Origin: an uncultured virus (IMG/VR IMGVR_UViG_3300031884_000004)
Lineage: Duplodnaviria > Heunggongvirae > Uroviricota > Caudoviricetes
Virus record (IMG/VR): IMGVR_UViG_3300031884_000004
Length of the DNA: 64,000 nt
Reading direction: 5' to 3' (one strand)
The translations under genes were made by a program, and so were the position numbers. The notes under the pieces were generated by a model. That model was not told the origin of the DNA, ran no database searches, and saw only the letters and a list, made by a program, of their open reading frames with translations. Shown here one piece after another: positions 37,187 through 46,726 of the stretch. Each line of letters begins with the position of its first letter. Positions within the stretch are counted from its first letter, which is position 1.

Positions 37187-37576
37187 TTAACGACTGCCGA
37201 TTGGTTGTCCATTAACCGCAACAGATACGAGCGAGCCACCGTTCGTGCCATCCTTAAGAGGATGTACAACTACGACAGCCTTATCGCCGGACTTCAATGA
37301 AGTGCGCTTCCAACCGGAACGTGATAGACCATTTGGGCTACCGCCTTCGATTGACCATTCAACTGGCTTACCAGAGGAATCAGTCACAATTAGTTGAATC
37401 CAAGAATGCGGATTAGTCCATTGAAATTCTTTTACTGTTCCTTCCAATGTCACCGACTTTTGGTTGTCGAACATTGCGAACGAGTGGTGTGCGGATGCAG
37501 GTGCAGCCAAACTTAGTGCTACCAATGCAGCGATTGCAATAATTGACTTGTTTTTCATGATTTGTTCTCCTAACAT
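37187..37576 (-). CDS. host-like exported protein (DUF6152-like)
   Basis: signal peptide ending ASA|HHSFAMFD; WTNPHSW motif. Confidence 0.75.
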   Translation of the reverse strand: MLGEQIMKNKSIIAIAALVALSLAAPASAHHSFAMFDNQKSVTLEGTVKEFQWTNPHSWIQLIVTDSSGKPVEWSIEGGSPNGLSRSGWKRTSLKSGDKAVVVVHPLKDGTNGGSLVSVAVNGQPIGSR

Positions 37577-37631
37577 GTCAAAATTATTTATGACCTATAG
37601 GACGATATATCATATTTAAAGGTTTTATAGG

Positions 37632-37960
37632 TGCTAGTTGATTCTGTTTCGAGGCTCAACTAGCAAAGCCCAAAAGACTTATGCGGCTAACGCAAGGCCT
37701 TCATATGCATCATTTTCGTTTGCATTTAGTAATTTGAACTGATTGACGGTCGTTTCTTACCGTGTTCTCCACTTTCCTACTAGCCGTGAATCGATACTAT
37801 ACGCCCCCATAAGAAAACACACGATGCTCTCCCCGTCTTCTCGGCAGCTACCCCGATATCCCGCTTCACAGAGCCAGCGTCCTGTTATCGTGTGTTTACT
37901 GGTGGAGGCGAGGGGAATCGCACCCCTGTCTTCCCCGGTTTTAAGTCCGTATCAACGAAC
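37632..37960 (-). ncRNA. ssrA: circularly permuted (two-piece) tmRNA
   Basis: T-arm plus CGCCTCCACCA (ends 37900) lies upstream of 5' GGGGGCG (37808); G3:U70 pair; tag frame 37679-37723 ANENDAYEGLALAA*; 3' hairpin 37632-37665. Confidence 0.9.
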
Positions 37961-37992
37961 AAATACTATTTAATCATATATGACATTGCATG

Positions 37993-40533
37993 TCAACCGT
38001 ATTTTTGCACGAAGCGTGATTTTAACCATTCCCACTCGTAGCTCAATCGCAGTGCATCAAAATCGCCATCAACTTCATCGTAATAGGCTTCTGCGTCTTT
38101 TGCACCCTTGATGCTATATTCTGCAAAATCACCTTCAGCTTTAGTAAGCCAAGCTTCTAATCGCTCTCGGGCAATGTCGGTATCTTCGGCCTTCAATTTG
38201 ACCACTTCACGGAATGCGGTACGCCAAGTAGAGAACGGATCAGTGTTATAGTTTGCAGTACCGGACATGAGTGGAACAACTTCGTGCAGGTCATCCAACG
38301 TAAAGTCTAGTCCATAACCGTCATTCTCTAGCACTAATTGCTTATTATACGCGATCATCGCTTGGTGACCGTAGATCAATCCATTGACCGGATTCTTCGC
38401 ATGAAAGATATAATGCTTAGGTGCTTGCATTCGATCTGGTTGCCATGACCAATCAAAATTAGAATTGATGTGTAACTTAGCGAATACCGTAAATAACCAT
38501 GGTGTCTCGCTGGCTTCGGCAGCAGCATGATATGCAGCAACTCGACCATTAACTCCATCCACTCTGACTACCCTATTTGGTATGTTTTTAGTAATTTGAA
38601 GTAGATGCTCCCAGTTTTTTTCGGCCCCGGCTTCACCGTTACTGAGATACACTATGTCCATCGGTTTAGATTTGGTTAGTTTTTTTGCTCGCTTTATATA
38701 CGGGTAATCATACAGTTCACTTTTGACATAGTTTTTAGCCTCGCGAGGAATCGTAACTCTAGTTGCACCTGTACTAGAAATAATGATTGCTTTCTGTTCG
38801 GGTGACCAAAGACACATAGGTTCGGGATCAATTTCAGGATCCATATCCCAGTTTTCTTCAGTTACTAGAGTTACATAAGGAAAATCCCATTCATAATTTC
38901 TAGCATAATCCATATGTGTTTCATTTGGAAAATATGCACCTTCGATAGTTGTGGGTGTCATCAATCTTGAGACAACTTGATGTTGATTATAATTAATCTT
39001 TTCATAGTCTTCTAGACGATGCATATCTGCTATCAATTTGCGCAGCTTGTTGACGTTTACTAGAAACGTGTCTCCTAATTTTTGATTACCGCTCGGGAAG
39101 ACGTGGAGTTGTTCTTTGGTGTACGGATCGCAGATATAGCTAAAATCAAATCTGCTATAATCACACACGCTACTACAAATCCATACATAATGTTCACGAT
39201 TGACATCTAATTTACTGAGTACCTCCTTGAATGTTTTTAGATAATTGGTATCATATTTCACAGCAATGATGTTTCTTTCGCTCAGATTTTTACTGAGTAG
39301 ATCATCTTTTACTGTATCAACACCGTTACCATGGTCGATGATTACTATAGCATAAAGACAATCAACTGCCTTAGCAGGTGATCGTTTTACAAAATTTATA
39401 TTAGGCAAATGCTCAATGACTTTTATATATTTGGTATCATCAGCAAATGTATTTTTGTTAACCATAAAGGTTGTTCCCCAGTGTGACCACTGAGTTCCAA
39501 ACACATGAACTAAGTTCATCTGCCATGGGCTAGGATAGAAATCAAACTCAAATGACGAATAGTCTAATTCACTATTGAGAATCCAACATAGATTGGTAGT
39601 TGATTTAGTCACACAACGATTGATCGTGTCAACCCAGCTGTTCAGATATCTAGTTTTAGTTACGTTGCCCATACGCTCAGATAATTGCTGAAAGCGTTCT
39701 TGTGCCTGAGGATTTCCTTTATCGACAAAGAAAATATCGATCTTGGTTCGTACATCTAGTACCTTATCCTCAATGTAGTTAATGTCCCGATAACCACGTG
39801 CCCACATCTTACCATTAACAAAGTAAGTCTGGGAGTTTATATTGTCTTTCGTACCAAATGCATTTATGTGATATACGTTCTTACTGTCAGGGACCCATTT
39901 AAAGTCAAACCCAGAATAATCAATTTCAGGATTCAATGCCCAAAAGATTTCATTAGTGTGGTCGTTGATTAAATCTTCCAATGTAGTAGTGATGTAGTAC
40001 TTCGAAAACTCTAGGTCTTCTAGTATGACCTCCTTGCGTTCTAGATGTACTATGGTTCCGTCATTATAGGGAGTGACGTATCTGGGTCCGTCGTTTTCAT
40101 CGAGCAGAGTACCGAATTGATATATGTATGGAGGAGACGTAGGATCTGGGTGCCAAGAAAAGTCAAACCTAGATTTATCCAGGGCCGGATCTATAATCCA
40201 AAAATCATTGATTTCATTCTTGCGTTGAATTGGGGGAACATCGGTTCGATAGATAGTATAATCACCGGCTACCTTAGGACACAGCCATGTACCACTATCT
40301 TTTTGATGTTGGCTAGGCCATACATTGTCGTGTGCCTCTGCCCAAATATCTTCGTCAGGTAATAGCTCGAAATCAAAGTCCCAATCAAATTTACGGTAGT
40401 CACAAAACTCGTTGATAATCCAAAAATGCTCAGTCGTACACTGATTCCTAGCATCTTCTAGTGATTCAGCAAATTTTTCTCTTGGATGGACATTGGGTTT
40501 GGAACCGGAGTAGAATACTTCTCTAATTGCCAT
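37993..40533 (-). CDS. large glycosyltransferase-like protein with repeated domains
   Basis: repeated FDFxW.P...Y...FG units; C-terminal domain paralogous to 53446-54387 (RVDGV.G..AA..AAAEAS, WR..FRE.VK). Confidence 0.6.
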   Translation of the reverse strand: MAIREVFYSGSKPNVHPREKFAESLEDARNQCTTEHFWIINEFCDYRKFDWDFDFELLPDEDIWAEAHDNVWPSQHQKDSGTWLCPKVAGDYTIYRTDVPPIQRKNEINDFWIIDPALDKSRFDFSWHPDPTSPPYIYQFGTLLDENDGPRYVTPYNDGTIVHLERKEVILEDLEFSKYYITTTLEDLINDHTNEIFWALNPEIDYSGFDFKWVPDSKNVYHINAFGTKDNINSQTYFVNGKMWARGYRDINYIEDKVLDVRTKIDIFFVDKGNPQAQERFQQLSERMGNVTKTRYLNSWVDTINRCVTKSTTNLCWILNSELDYSSFEFDFYPSPWQMNLVHVFGTQWSHWGTTFMVNKNTFADDTKYIKVIEHLPNINFVKRSPAKAVDCLYAIVIIDHGNGVDTVKDDLLSKNLSERNIIAVKYDTNYLKTFKEVLSKLDVNREHYVWICSSVCDYSRFDFSYICDPYTKEQLHVFPSGNQKLGDTFLVNVNKLRKLIADMHRLEDYEKINYNQHQVVSRLMTPTTIEGAYFPNETHMDYARNYEWDFPYVTLVTEENWDMDPEIDPEPMCLWSPEQKAIIISSTGATRVTIPREAKNYVKSELYDYPYIKRAKKLTKSKPMDIVYLSNGEAGAEKNWEHLLQITKNIPNRVVRVDGVNGRVAAYHAAAEASETPWLFTVFAKLHINSNFDWSWQPDRMQAPKHYIFHAKNPVNGLIYGHQAMIAYNKQLVLENDGYGLDFTLDDLHEVVPLMSGTANYNTDPFSTWRTAFREVVKLKAEDTDIARERLEAWLTKAEGDFAEYSIKGAKDAEAYYDEVDGDFDALRLSYEWEWLKSRFVQKYG

Positions 40534-40565
40534 AACAATATTTACACTAATTACAGTATGTCATA

Positions 40566-41228
40566 TTATTTTAAGACCCTACACTTATCGAAATGGTATC
40601 GATGCATGTTAGTTTTTCCGCCAGTTTTGTTGCAATGCGGACAAGTTACCTGAATTTTATTTGGATGATTCGTAAGAAAGTGGTGAGTTCCATTCTCTAA
40701 CAATGTTTTCTGAACATTTCGTTGAAATTCTCCGTTCCCCATTAAATGATGAGTCCCGTTCTCCACCAACCTTTGTTGAGTTCTTCTTTGTATATCACCA
40801 CTAAGAAAATGGTGAGTTCCTTCCCTCACTCGCTTAGCGTTAGATTTTCTTTGAACTTCTCCTCCAGAGAAAGCATTCGTCCCGTTTTCAGTTTGTCTGA
40901 GTACACTGTCTTTTCCTAACGATGACCCATCTGGCCTTTTTAAAAAGTGATGTGTGCCGTTTGCGATGCGGTTGGCGCCGGTTAATTTGGCGAGGTCTGA
41001 TAGTTCCTCTGGCGTCAACCGTAGCTTTCTTGAAATGAGCCAACATGCACCATAATCTCCTTGCTGATAATGAATATCGTAATGATCTTGTATAGACAAT
41101 GCGATTAAATTTTCCGGTACATTATTATTGCGGTTACCATCTATATGATGAACATCGCAACTTCTTCCGTCACCGTCTTTGGGTATGGGACCAAAATTCT
41201 GTTCGTAAATTTTACGATAAATAGACAT
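40566..41228 (-). CDS. HNH homing endonuclease with five GTHHF-type repeats and C-terminal CPHC Zn motif
   Basis: DVHHIDGNRNNNVPENL...DHYDIH; start at MSIY inferred from the AGGAG SD and alignment with its paralog. Confidence 0.85.
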   Translation of the reverse strand: MSIYRKIYEQNFGPIPKDGDGRSCDVHHIDGNRNNNVPENLIALSIQDHYDIHYQQGDYGACWLISRKLRLTPEELSDLAKLTGANRIANGTHHFLKRPDGSSLGKDSVLRQTENGTNAFSGGEVQRKSNAKRVREGTHHFLSGDIQRRTQQRLVENGTHHLMGNGEFQRNVQKTLLENGTHHFLTNHPNKIQVTCPHCNKTGGKTNMHRYHFDKCRVLK

Positions 41229-41293
41229 GCTGATAGCTCCTTCTAGCATTAGAGTGAGTGGGGATTGCAGTCCCGCGACTCACATCTATTTAT
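41229..41293 (-). promoter_or_regulatory. conserved structured leader of HNH gene, copy 2
   Basis: ATAAATA-GA-TGTGAGTCGC-GGGACTGCAATCCC-CACTCACTCTAA-TGCTAGAAGGAGCT-ATCAGC-ATG. Confidence 0.75.
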
Positions 41294-41296
41294 GCT

Positions 41297-42778
41297 TTAA
41301 GAGCAGACTTTTACCCCATATAGTAGCTGGAACCGATCAGCATCTGCCCGGTCATTTACCATAGGCTCACCTCTAATATTTAGGGATGTATTAAGTAGCA
41401 TTGGACAGCGTGTCTCATTATACCAACGTTCTAAGAGTCTTCTGATTCCCGAACCGTCTTTCGGTACTGTCTGTACACGAGAAGTCCCGTCAGCGTGAAC
41501 GATAGCAGGAAATAAGTCAGGAGCCCTACAAGGAGCGATGACTTGCATATACCTACTGTTGTTCCAACCGCAAGGCATATTAAAATAATCGCCACATAGT
41601 TCCTCCAGAATGACCGGCGCAAAGGGTCTGAACTGCTGTCTTCGCTTGATTTCATTTACTGTATCCTTTATATCAGGGCCGCGTGGATCTGCTAATAGTG
41701 AACGATTGCCTAATGCTCTAGGACCGAATTCGGCTCGTCCGCTAGCAACACCAACCATCTTCTTAGTATACAATTGGTTAATTACATTGTTAATAGGATA
41801 TTTGCCTTTTATATTATATCCTAAAAAGGCATCGACCCAATTTACTCGTTTTCCATAACCTAATGCAGCAGCACCCAATGAGTTTCCTGCATCACCCGGA
41901 TTAGGCATGATCCAGATGTTATCGAAGTATCCGCCTAGATTACGATTTGCTGCACAGTTGAGTGCGACTCCTCCACCAAAAACAAGATTATGACTTTTAC
42001 CGATATTAATAGCTTTTGCTATGACATGGTGTATCAAACTTTCAGTAAGTTCTTGAGTAGATGAAGCTATATCCATATTATCAGCATCTTTGAGGAAATC
42101 ATCTCTCACCCCGGTATGTAGATTTTCTTTGAAAGATAATGTACCACTATTATGAATCAACGCTTTTTGAATCGTATTAACATGAATAGGTTTACCGTAA
42201 GCAGCCATTCCCATAAGAATATATTCTTCATCTAATGGCTTCAGTCCTACTTTCGCAGTCATAGCAGAATAGAATAAACCGATAGAATCTGGATATTGCT
42301 TTCCCCAAAGCCTCTTATATACGGCTCTACCGTTATCATCATAATACGCATCCCAGATAGTAATCGTATCTAACTCGCCGATAGCATCAATAATGACTAC
42401 AGTAGCATGGTCAAATGGACTAGTTTGAAAACCAGCAGCAGCATGAGATAAGTGATGATTGTGTGTTTTCACTTCTCCGTCATGGCTAAAACGAACCATC
42501 ATGTTTTTACCGATGACATCCTTTGCAGAGAAAGGTCCTAACTTCTGTCCAGCTCTGAGCTGGCGGATTACCTTTAACCAAGGCTTCTCATAATAATGAA
42601 GCTCATAATGCCCATCTATATATTTGTGGGCATCTTTTAATAAGCCTAAACAAAGATCAGCGTCATGCTTCTTCTTACTGTATCGTTCACTGTGGCCGGC
42701 GTATAGGATATTGCCAGCATCATCAATGACACTCAATCCAGCGTCGTGAAACCCGCAACTGACACCTACATAATTCAT
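41297..42778 (-). CDS. carbamoyltransferase (NodU/CmcH family)
   Basis: HDAG, HHLSHAA, GGVALN, EFGPRALGNRS, FRPFAP and LNTSLN motifs. Confidence 0.93.
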   Translation of the reverse strand: MNYVGVSCGFHDAGLSVIDDAGNILYAGHSERYSKKKHDADLCLGLLKDAHKYIDGHYELHYYEKPWLKVIRQLRAGQKLGPFSAKDVIGKNMMVRFSHDGEVKTHNHHLSHAAAGFQTSPFDHATVVIIDAIGELDTITIWDAYYDDNGRAVYKRLWGKQYPDSIGLFYSAMTAKVGLKPLDEEYILMGMAAYGKPIHVNTIQKALIHNSGTLSFKENLHTGVRDDFLKDADNMDIASSTQELTESLIHHVIAKAINIGKSHNLVFGGGVALNCAANRNLGGYFDNIWIMPNPGDAGNSLGAAALGYGKRVNWVDAFLGYNIKGKYPINNVINQLYTKKMVGVASGRAEFGPRALGNRSLLADPRGPDIKDTVNEIKRRQQFRPFAPVILEELCGDYFNMPCGWNNSRYMQVIAPCRAPDLFPAIVHADGTSRVQTVPKDGSGIRRLLERWYNETRCPMLLNTSLNIRGEPMVNDRADADRFQLLYGVKVCS

Positions 42779-42782
42779 GCTA

Positions 42783-42884
42783 TTATTTGTATATAAAGGG
42801 ATCTCTTTTTCTTAGTTCTTTAATCCTTTTTCTATATAGAATCTCACGTTTAATCTTATTGATTAATGTTCTTATAAAATGCAT
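42783..42884 (-). CDS. 33-aa basic peptide (ends KELRKRDPFIYK)
   Basis: manually translated; AAGGG SD; fills the gap before the carbamoyltransferase. Confidence 0.55.
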   Translation of the reverse strand: MHFIRTLINKIKREILYRKRIKELRKRDPFIYK

Positions 42885-42909
42885 TGTTATTCCCTTATCA
42901 TTAAATCTA

Positions 42910-43914
42910 TTAATGGTATCCTAATCTATATTCATCTAAAATAGAAAACAATCGGTCTTGTAATAGTGCTTTATATTCTCGCATATCTATTACTTGTTTT
43001 AATTCTTTACAACATGGATGTTCGAATAGATAGTGTGCTGAACTGATAAAGCGGTCTTTGTCATTATCTACATCAACCGTACACCATTTTTTATAATATC
43101 CTGATTCTATCACAACATCAATGAACTTAGTTAATTCTTTTGTACCCAAACCCAATGTATATAACACACTACTAGCTACAGTACCGAGTTGCGGAGCAAT
43201 ATTTAATGCATCCACTCCTGTATTTTTACGTAACTTTACTTGGTCAACTGTAAGGTAGTCAGCGTTGTGTTCTTTGAACATGTAACCATTCTGATGTATT
43301 ACATTTATCAGTTTTTGTGTTTGTTCTACATTGAACGTACCTACTTGAGTTTGTTTAGTCAAGCTTCCAGTCTGGGAAACAATATAACATATATTATTTT
43401 GCCAAGGCTTGACATACTCTAGTTGCATATTCAACATGTTCAAGGTTTCTGTCGTATTACCAGTGTTGTCTTCGGTACCGAATTCAAACATAATTTTCGG
43501 ATTCAATGCCATAGCATAAGAAAACAACTTTTCTGCAACAGCACGTTGTTTGTCAGTCTCGACTCTGCTCACGTCAATATGAATTAGGTAGAATTTTGCA
43601 TCGACATCAGCTTTGATCGTATTCATGCATCGTTCTATTACCGTTTCGAGGTCTAGATTTTTGTCTGCATCACTAAAGTAAGGTCCGCAGTGGTCTCTAC
43701 ACAGCAATATTCTATCTCGGTCATAATACTCACTATTGAATACTAGGTCAGATAGTTCTTTAGTGTTCATAGCATAGCCACTATCATAGTCTACTTGATT
43801 GCGACTAGCAATAATCATTAGTGGATAGTCGTTCTGATGACTATAGCTGAGACATAGCTCAACTATTTCTTTGCTCATCGGACCTATACCTAAATTAAAT
43901 CGTTTCAAGTCCAT
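42910..43914 (-). CDS. GatZ/KbaZ-like (tagatose-bisphosphate aldolase accessory/epimerase) protein
   Basis: IASRNQVD..GY, CRDHCGP, IHID, EFGTE, KEHNADY and NIAPQLG motifs. Confidence 0.7.
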   Translation of the reverse strand: MDLKRFNLGIGPMSKEIVELCLSYSHQNDYPLMIIASRNQVDYDSGYAMNTKELSDLVFNSEYYDRDRILLCRDHCGPYFSDADKNLDLETVIERCMNTIKADVDAKFYLIHIDVSRVETDKQRAVAEKLFSYAMALNPKIMFEFGTEDNTGNTTETLNMLNMQLEYVKPWQNNICYIVSQTGSLTKQTQVGTFNVEQTQKLINVIHQNGYMFKEHNADYLTVDQVKLRKNTGVDALNIAPQLGTVASSVLYTLGLGTKELTKFIDVVIESGYYKKWCTVDVDNDKDRFISSAHYLFEHPCCKELKQVIDMREYKALLQDRLFSILDEYRLGYH

Positions 43915-43934
43915 CGATCATTCTTTCATATAGA

Positions 43935-44483
43935 TTATAGTTGGCGCCACCACCAACCTTTGATCATCTTTTCAATATATAAACATGCATCAAGAACTGC
44001 GCCGCTAGCAGCATCACTCGGTGTCACATACTTAGCACTAGTTCTCGCTTCAATTCTAGCACTCTTAGGTGCGATGCCTAGAGCTACTTTTTTTAATATA
44101 ACAGCATCATGATATCCATCTGCGATATATGCGGTTGTGTTGAAATTACAATTTTCTATAAACCATTCTAGTCTAGATTCTTCCGGAACTAAGACTAACT
44201 GATCATCCCGATACTTCCAATCAGTGACAATTCTTGCGTAAGTGATGTCAAATCCAGTCTTATCCGCAGTAATAAAAGTGATATCATTTATATACTTACT
44301 GATCAGCTTGAGACCATCTCTGTCATGCGGTCCGAAAACTTTAAAAGTTTTGCCTAAATTGTTGTACAGCATGTGTCCGGATGTTAATACACCATCAACA
44401 TCGATAATGAGTTTATCTATAATCATTTCCTGTAGCCTCGTTAAATTGATCAATCGTGATATGCATACCAGTATATATCTCAA
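43935..44483 (-). CDS. KdsC-like HAD phosphatase (start likely 44426)
   Basis: IDVDGVLTSG...FKVF..HD; YIADGYHD. Confidence 0.8.
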   Translation of the reverse strand: MRYILVCISRLINLTRLQEMIIDKLIIDVDGVLTSGHMLYNNLGKTFKVFGPHDRDGLKLISKYINDITFITADKTGFDITYARIVTDWKYRDDQLVLVPEESRLEWFIENCNFNTTAYIADGYHDAVILKKVALGIAPKSARIEARTSAKYVTPSDAASGAVLDACLYIEKMIKGWWWRQL

Positions 44484-45171
44484 ACTGCTTTAGAAATTGA
44501 TGGGCATAAAAACTCAGACCACTTATATACTTTACTTGACTCTGCAAACTTTGTTCATATAAAATAGTTTTACGTAGTGCTAGATCAATTACGCATCTTG
44601 TTTTATCAGGAACTGATAGCAATGGTGATGCCTCTTCACTCGTCCCTAAACTAGTACAATTGATTATAATGTCAGCCGGTTCATGTCTGTCATGCCAGTT
44701 GTTGTTTTTTCTGCTATACATATTGACATTCATATAATCGTTTTCGATGAGATAATGATAGAACATCTGTCCTATCGATCCGTCACCTAGTATCAAAATC
44801 TTATCATCGATTGAAATCTCAGATATGATACCCATCAATCCGTATATGTCACAATTGTAGCCAACGGTATGTCCATTATTCACAGCTATGGTATTGCAAA
44901 TACCATACTTATGTGCTAGACTATCTAGATTATCACACAGATAAGTTACAGTGTTCTTATATGGCATACTCACGCTAATACCATATGTAGTATGATCGCT
45001 TGTTAAGTGCTTGAAAGTATCTTCGAACTCGTTTGGATTACAAGCTAAAGCCGTATAGGTTGCGTCAATGCCAAACTTATCAAAAAACAAATTGTAGTAA
45101 TAAGTTCCGGTTTTGCCAGGATATTGACTTAGACTATAAAACTGCTTCATTGCTAGAGTATTTAGTTTCAT
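44413..45171 (-). CDS. shikimate-dehydrogenase-like oxidoreductase (start likely 45150)
   Basis: SVSMPYK, CNTI, GYNCDIYG, ILGDGSIG and INCTSLG motifs. Confidence 0.8.
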   Translation of the reverse strand: MKLNTLAMKQFYSLSQYPGKTGTYYYNLFFDKFGIDATYTALACNPNEFEDTFKHLTSDHTTYGISVSMPYKNTVTYLCDNLDSLAHKYGICNTIAVNNGHTVGYNCDIYGLMGIISEISIDDKILILGDGSIGQMFYHYLIENDYMNVNMYSRKNNNWHDRHEPADIIINCTSLGTSEEASPLLSVPDKTRCVIDLALRKTILYEQSLQSQVKYISGLSFYAHQFLKQFEIYTGMHITIDQFNEATGNDYR

Positions 45172-46726
45172 ACTCTTGGAACAATTTTATACCTAAGTAC
45201 CAGAGAAATTTGTCGAAGGGACTAGTATGTAATGGAGACATATTCCAAAATATAATAGGAATCAATAATTCCACTTTCTTCCACTCTAACTGTTTTTCAT
45301 TCACAAACTTTTTTAATAGGGTGAAATACTGTTCGTGGTTATCTATATAAGGAATCTCTAAAGTAACATGATTGTTTTTAATATCAACCTTGAAGTTGTT
45401 CTCTTTGATCTTACTATAATTTATGATGAATCCGCCGGCGAGTTTTGCTAAGTCATAATATATGTCGCCGGTGTTGGTATTACCTGCAAAATCAGGGCGC
45501 CAATCGATGAGCTTGAAGTCTTTACCTATTACGATATTATCAAACTGCAAATCACCGTGTATATAAGATGCTTGCACTGTCTCAGTAAGATAAGAATAGT
45601 CGATGTTGTTTAGGTAATATGCATAGTCCTTTACGTCAACACCGTTAATACTGCTAACCTTTTCTTGTGTGTTATACTTGGTCAAGTATTTTTCGATCCT
45701 ACCTAATGTCTTATTTTTATAAAATTCTATGCATTCATCTTTGATGTCAACATCAGCCCGGTGCCAGACATTATTGTCTAACCAATTCAATAGACTATTG
45801 AAATGCTCAACATCATTGTGTTGGTATAATGTTTTTCCTGAATACCAATCGTATGCTAGATAGTTGCCAACAATCTTGCAATTGTCGGGATATATTCCAT
45901 CATGATCTAGCGTTCGTTTATATTTGTTCTCAGTGATAGTTTTATTCGCCCACCATTTGATAACTTTAGAATCGGTTATGTAGGTGATCTCATCTTCTTT
46001 ACTAAAGTCAAATTTTTGGCTGCTATTAACTGCATTCGCATAACTCTCTATATTGCCAAAATCGATCCAACTGTCTAGGTTAACAATAGACTCACCTTTT
46101 TCTATAACAAAGATAAACTCATTATTGTTTAGTTCGGTTAACCGGGTGATGAAATCTACATGATCACCTAGATACATCACGCCAGTAAAAGCAACATAAT
46201 CAGCAGGGCAGTGTTCTTTAAACACCATATCAGTGATCGTCAAGTTGTCTAATTTGAACATAGTGTATAGGTCAGATAAATCTTCACTTACCTGTTTAGT
46301 GAAATAGTAGTTTTTACTTGTATCTTTGATCTCTGATATCAAGTCTGTATCGAAATAAGTGTCACACGGTATGTACCAGAATGGTTTATCTAATAGGTTA
46401 GTACATTTTTTCAGTGTGTAGGCAGTACCACTCCGACTAGAGGTATAGTCATCGATATCAACAAATGTGATATTTACATCATCATGTGCTACTGTGCAAT
46501 AGTCTTTAACCTGCTGGCTCAGATAACCAACAGGAATGATGAAGTGCGTGTCTTTGGGAAACTGATCTATTATGTGTGATAGAAACGGTTTATTCTTGTA
46601 GGGCAACAGTGCTTTGTTTAGATTCTTAGTCAGATTGCCCATCCTAGAGCCTATACCGGCTGTAGGTATAACTACTGTGTTAACGGTGCTCATGCTGTAT
46701 TCTACCGTGCGTTCTATTTTGATCAT
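45134..46726 (-). CDS. sugar nucleotidyltransferase fused to an APH/choline-kinase-like domain (start likely 46693)
   Basis: IPTAGIGSRM...NKALLP; HGDLQFDN, IDWR and YDLAKL motifs. Confidence 0.85.
   Translation of the reverse strand: MIKIERTVEYSMSTVNTVVIPTAGIGSRMGNLTKNLNKALLPYKNKPFLSHIIDQFPKDTHFIIPVGYLSQQVKDYCTVAHDDVNITFVDIDDYTSSRSGTAYTLKKCTNLLDKPFWYIPCDTYFDTDLISEIKDTSKNYYFTKQVSEDLSDLYTMFKLDNLTITDMVFKEHCPADYVAFTGVMYLGDHVDFITRLTELNNNEFIFVIEKGESIVNLDSWIDFGNIESYANAVNSSQKFDFSKEDEITYITDSKVIKWWANKTITENKYKRTLDHDGIYPDNCKIVGNYLAYDWYSGKTLYQHNDVEHFNSLLNWLDNNVWHRADVDIKDECIEFYKNKTLGRIEKYLTKYNTQEKVSSINGVDVKDYAYYLNNIDYSYLTETVQASYIHGDLQFDNIVIGKDFKLIDWRPDFAGNTNTGDIYYDLAKLAGGFIINYSKIKENNFKVDIKNNHVTLEIPYIDNHEQYFTLLKKFVNEKQLEWKKVELLIPIIFWNMSPLHTSPFDKFLWYLGIKLFQEYETKYSSNEAVL

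Noticed and set aside
37900..37935. Stand-alone tRNA gene
   Set aside because: The T-arm and CCA have no D or anticodon arm upstream and pair with the downstream GGGGGCG, so this is the tmRNA acceptor piece
37743..37973. 76-aa plus-strand ORF
   Set aside because: It is antisense to the tmRNA and has no coding signal
44413..45171. Aromatic amino-acid auxiliary metabolism (aroE)
   Set aside because: No other shikimate-pathway genes are in the window, and the gene is embedded in a sugar-nucleotide cassette
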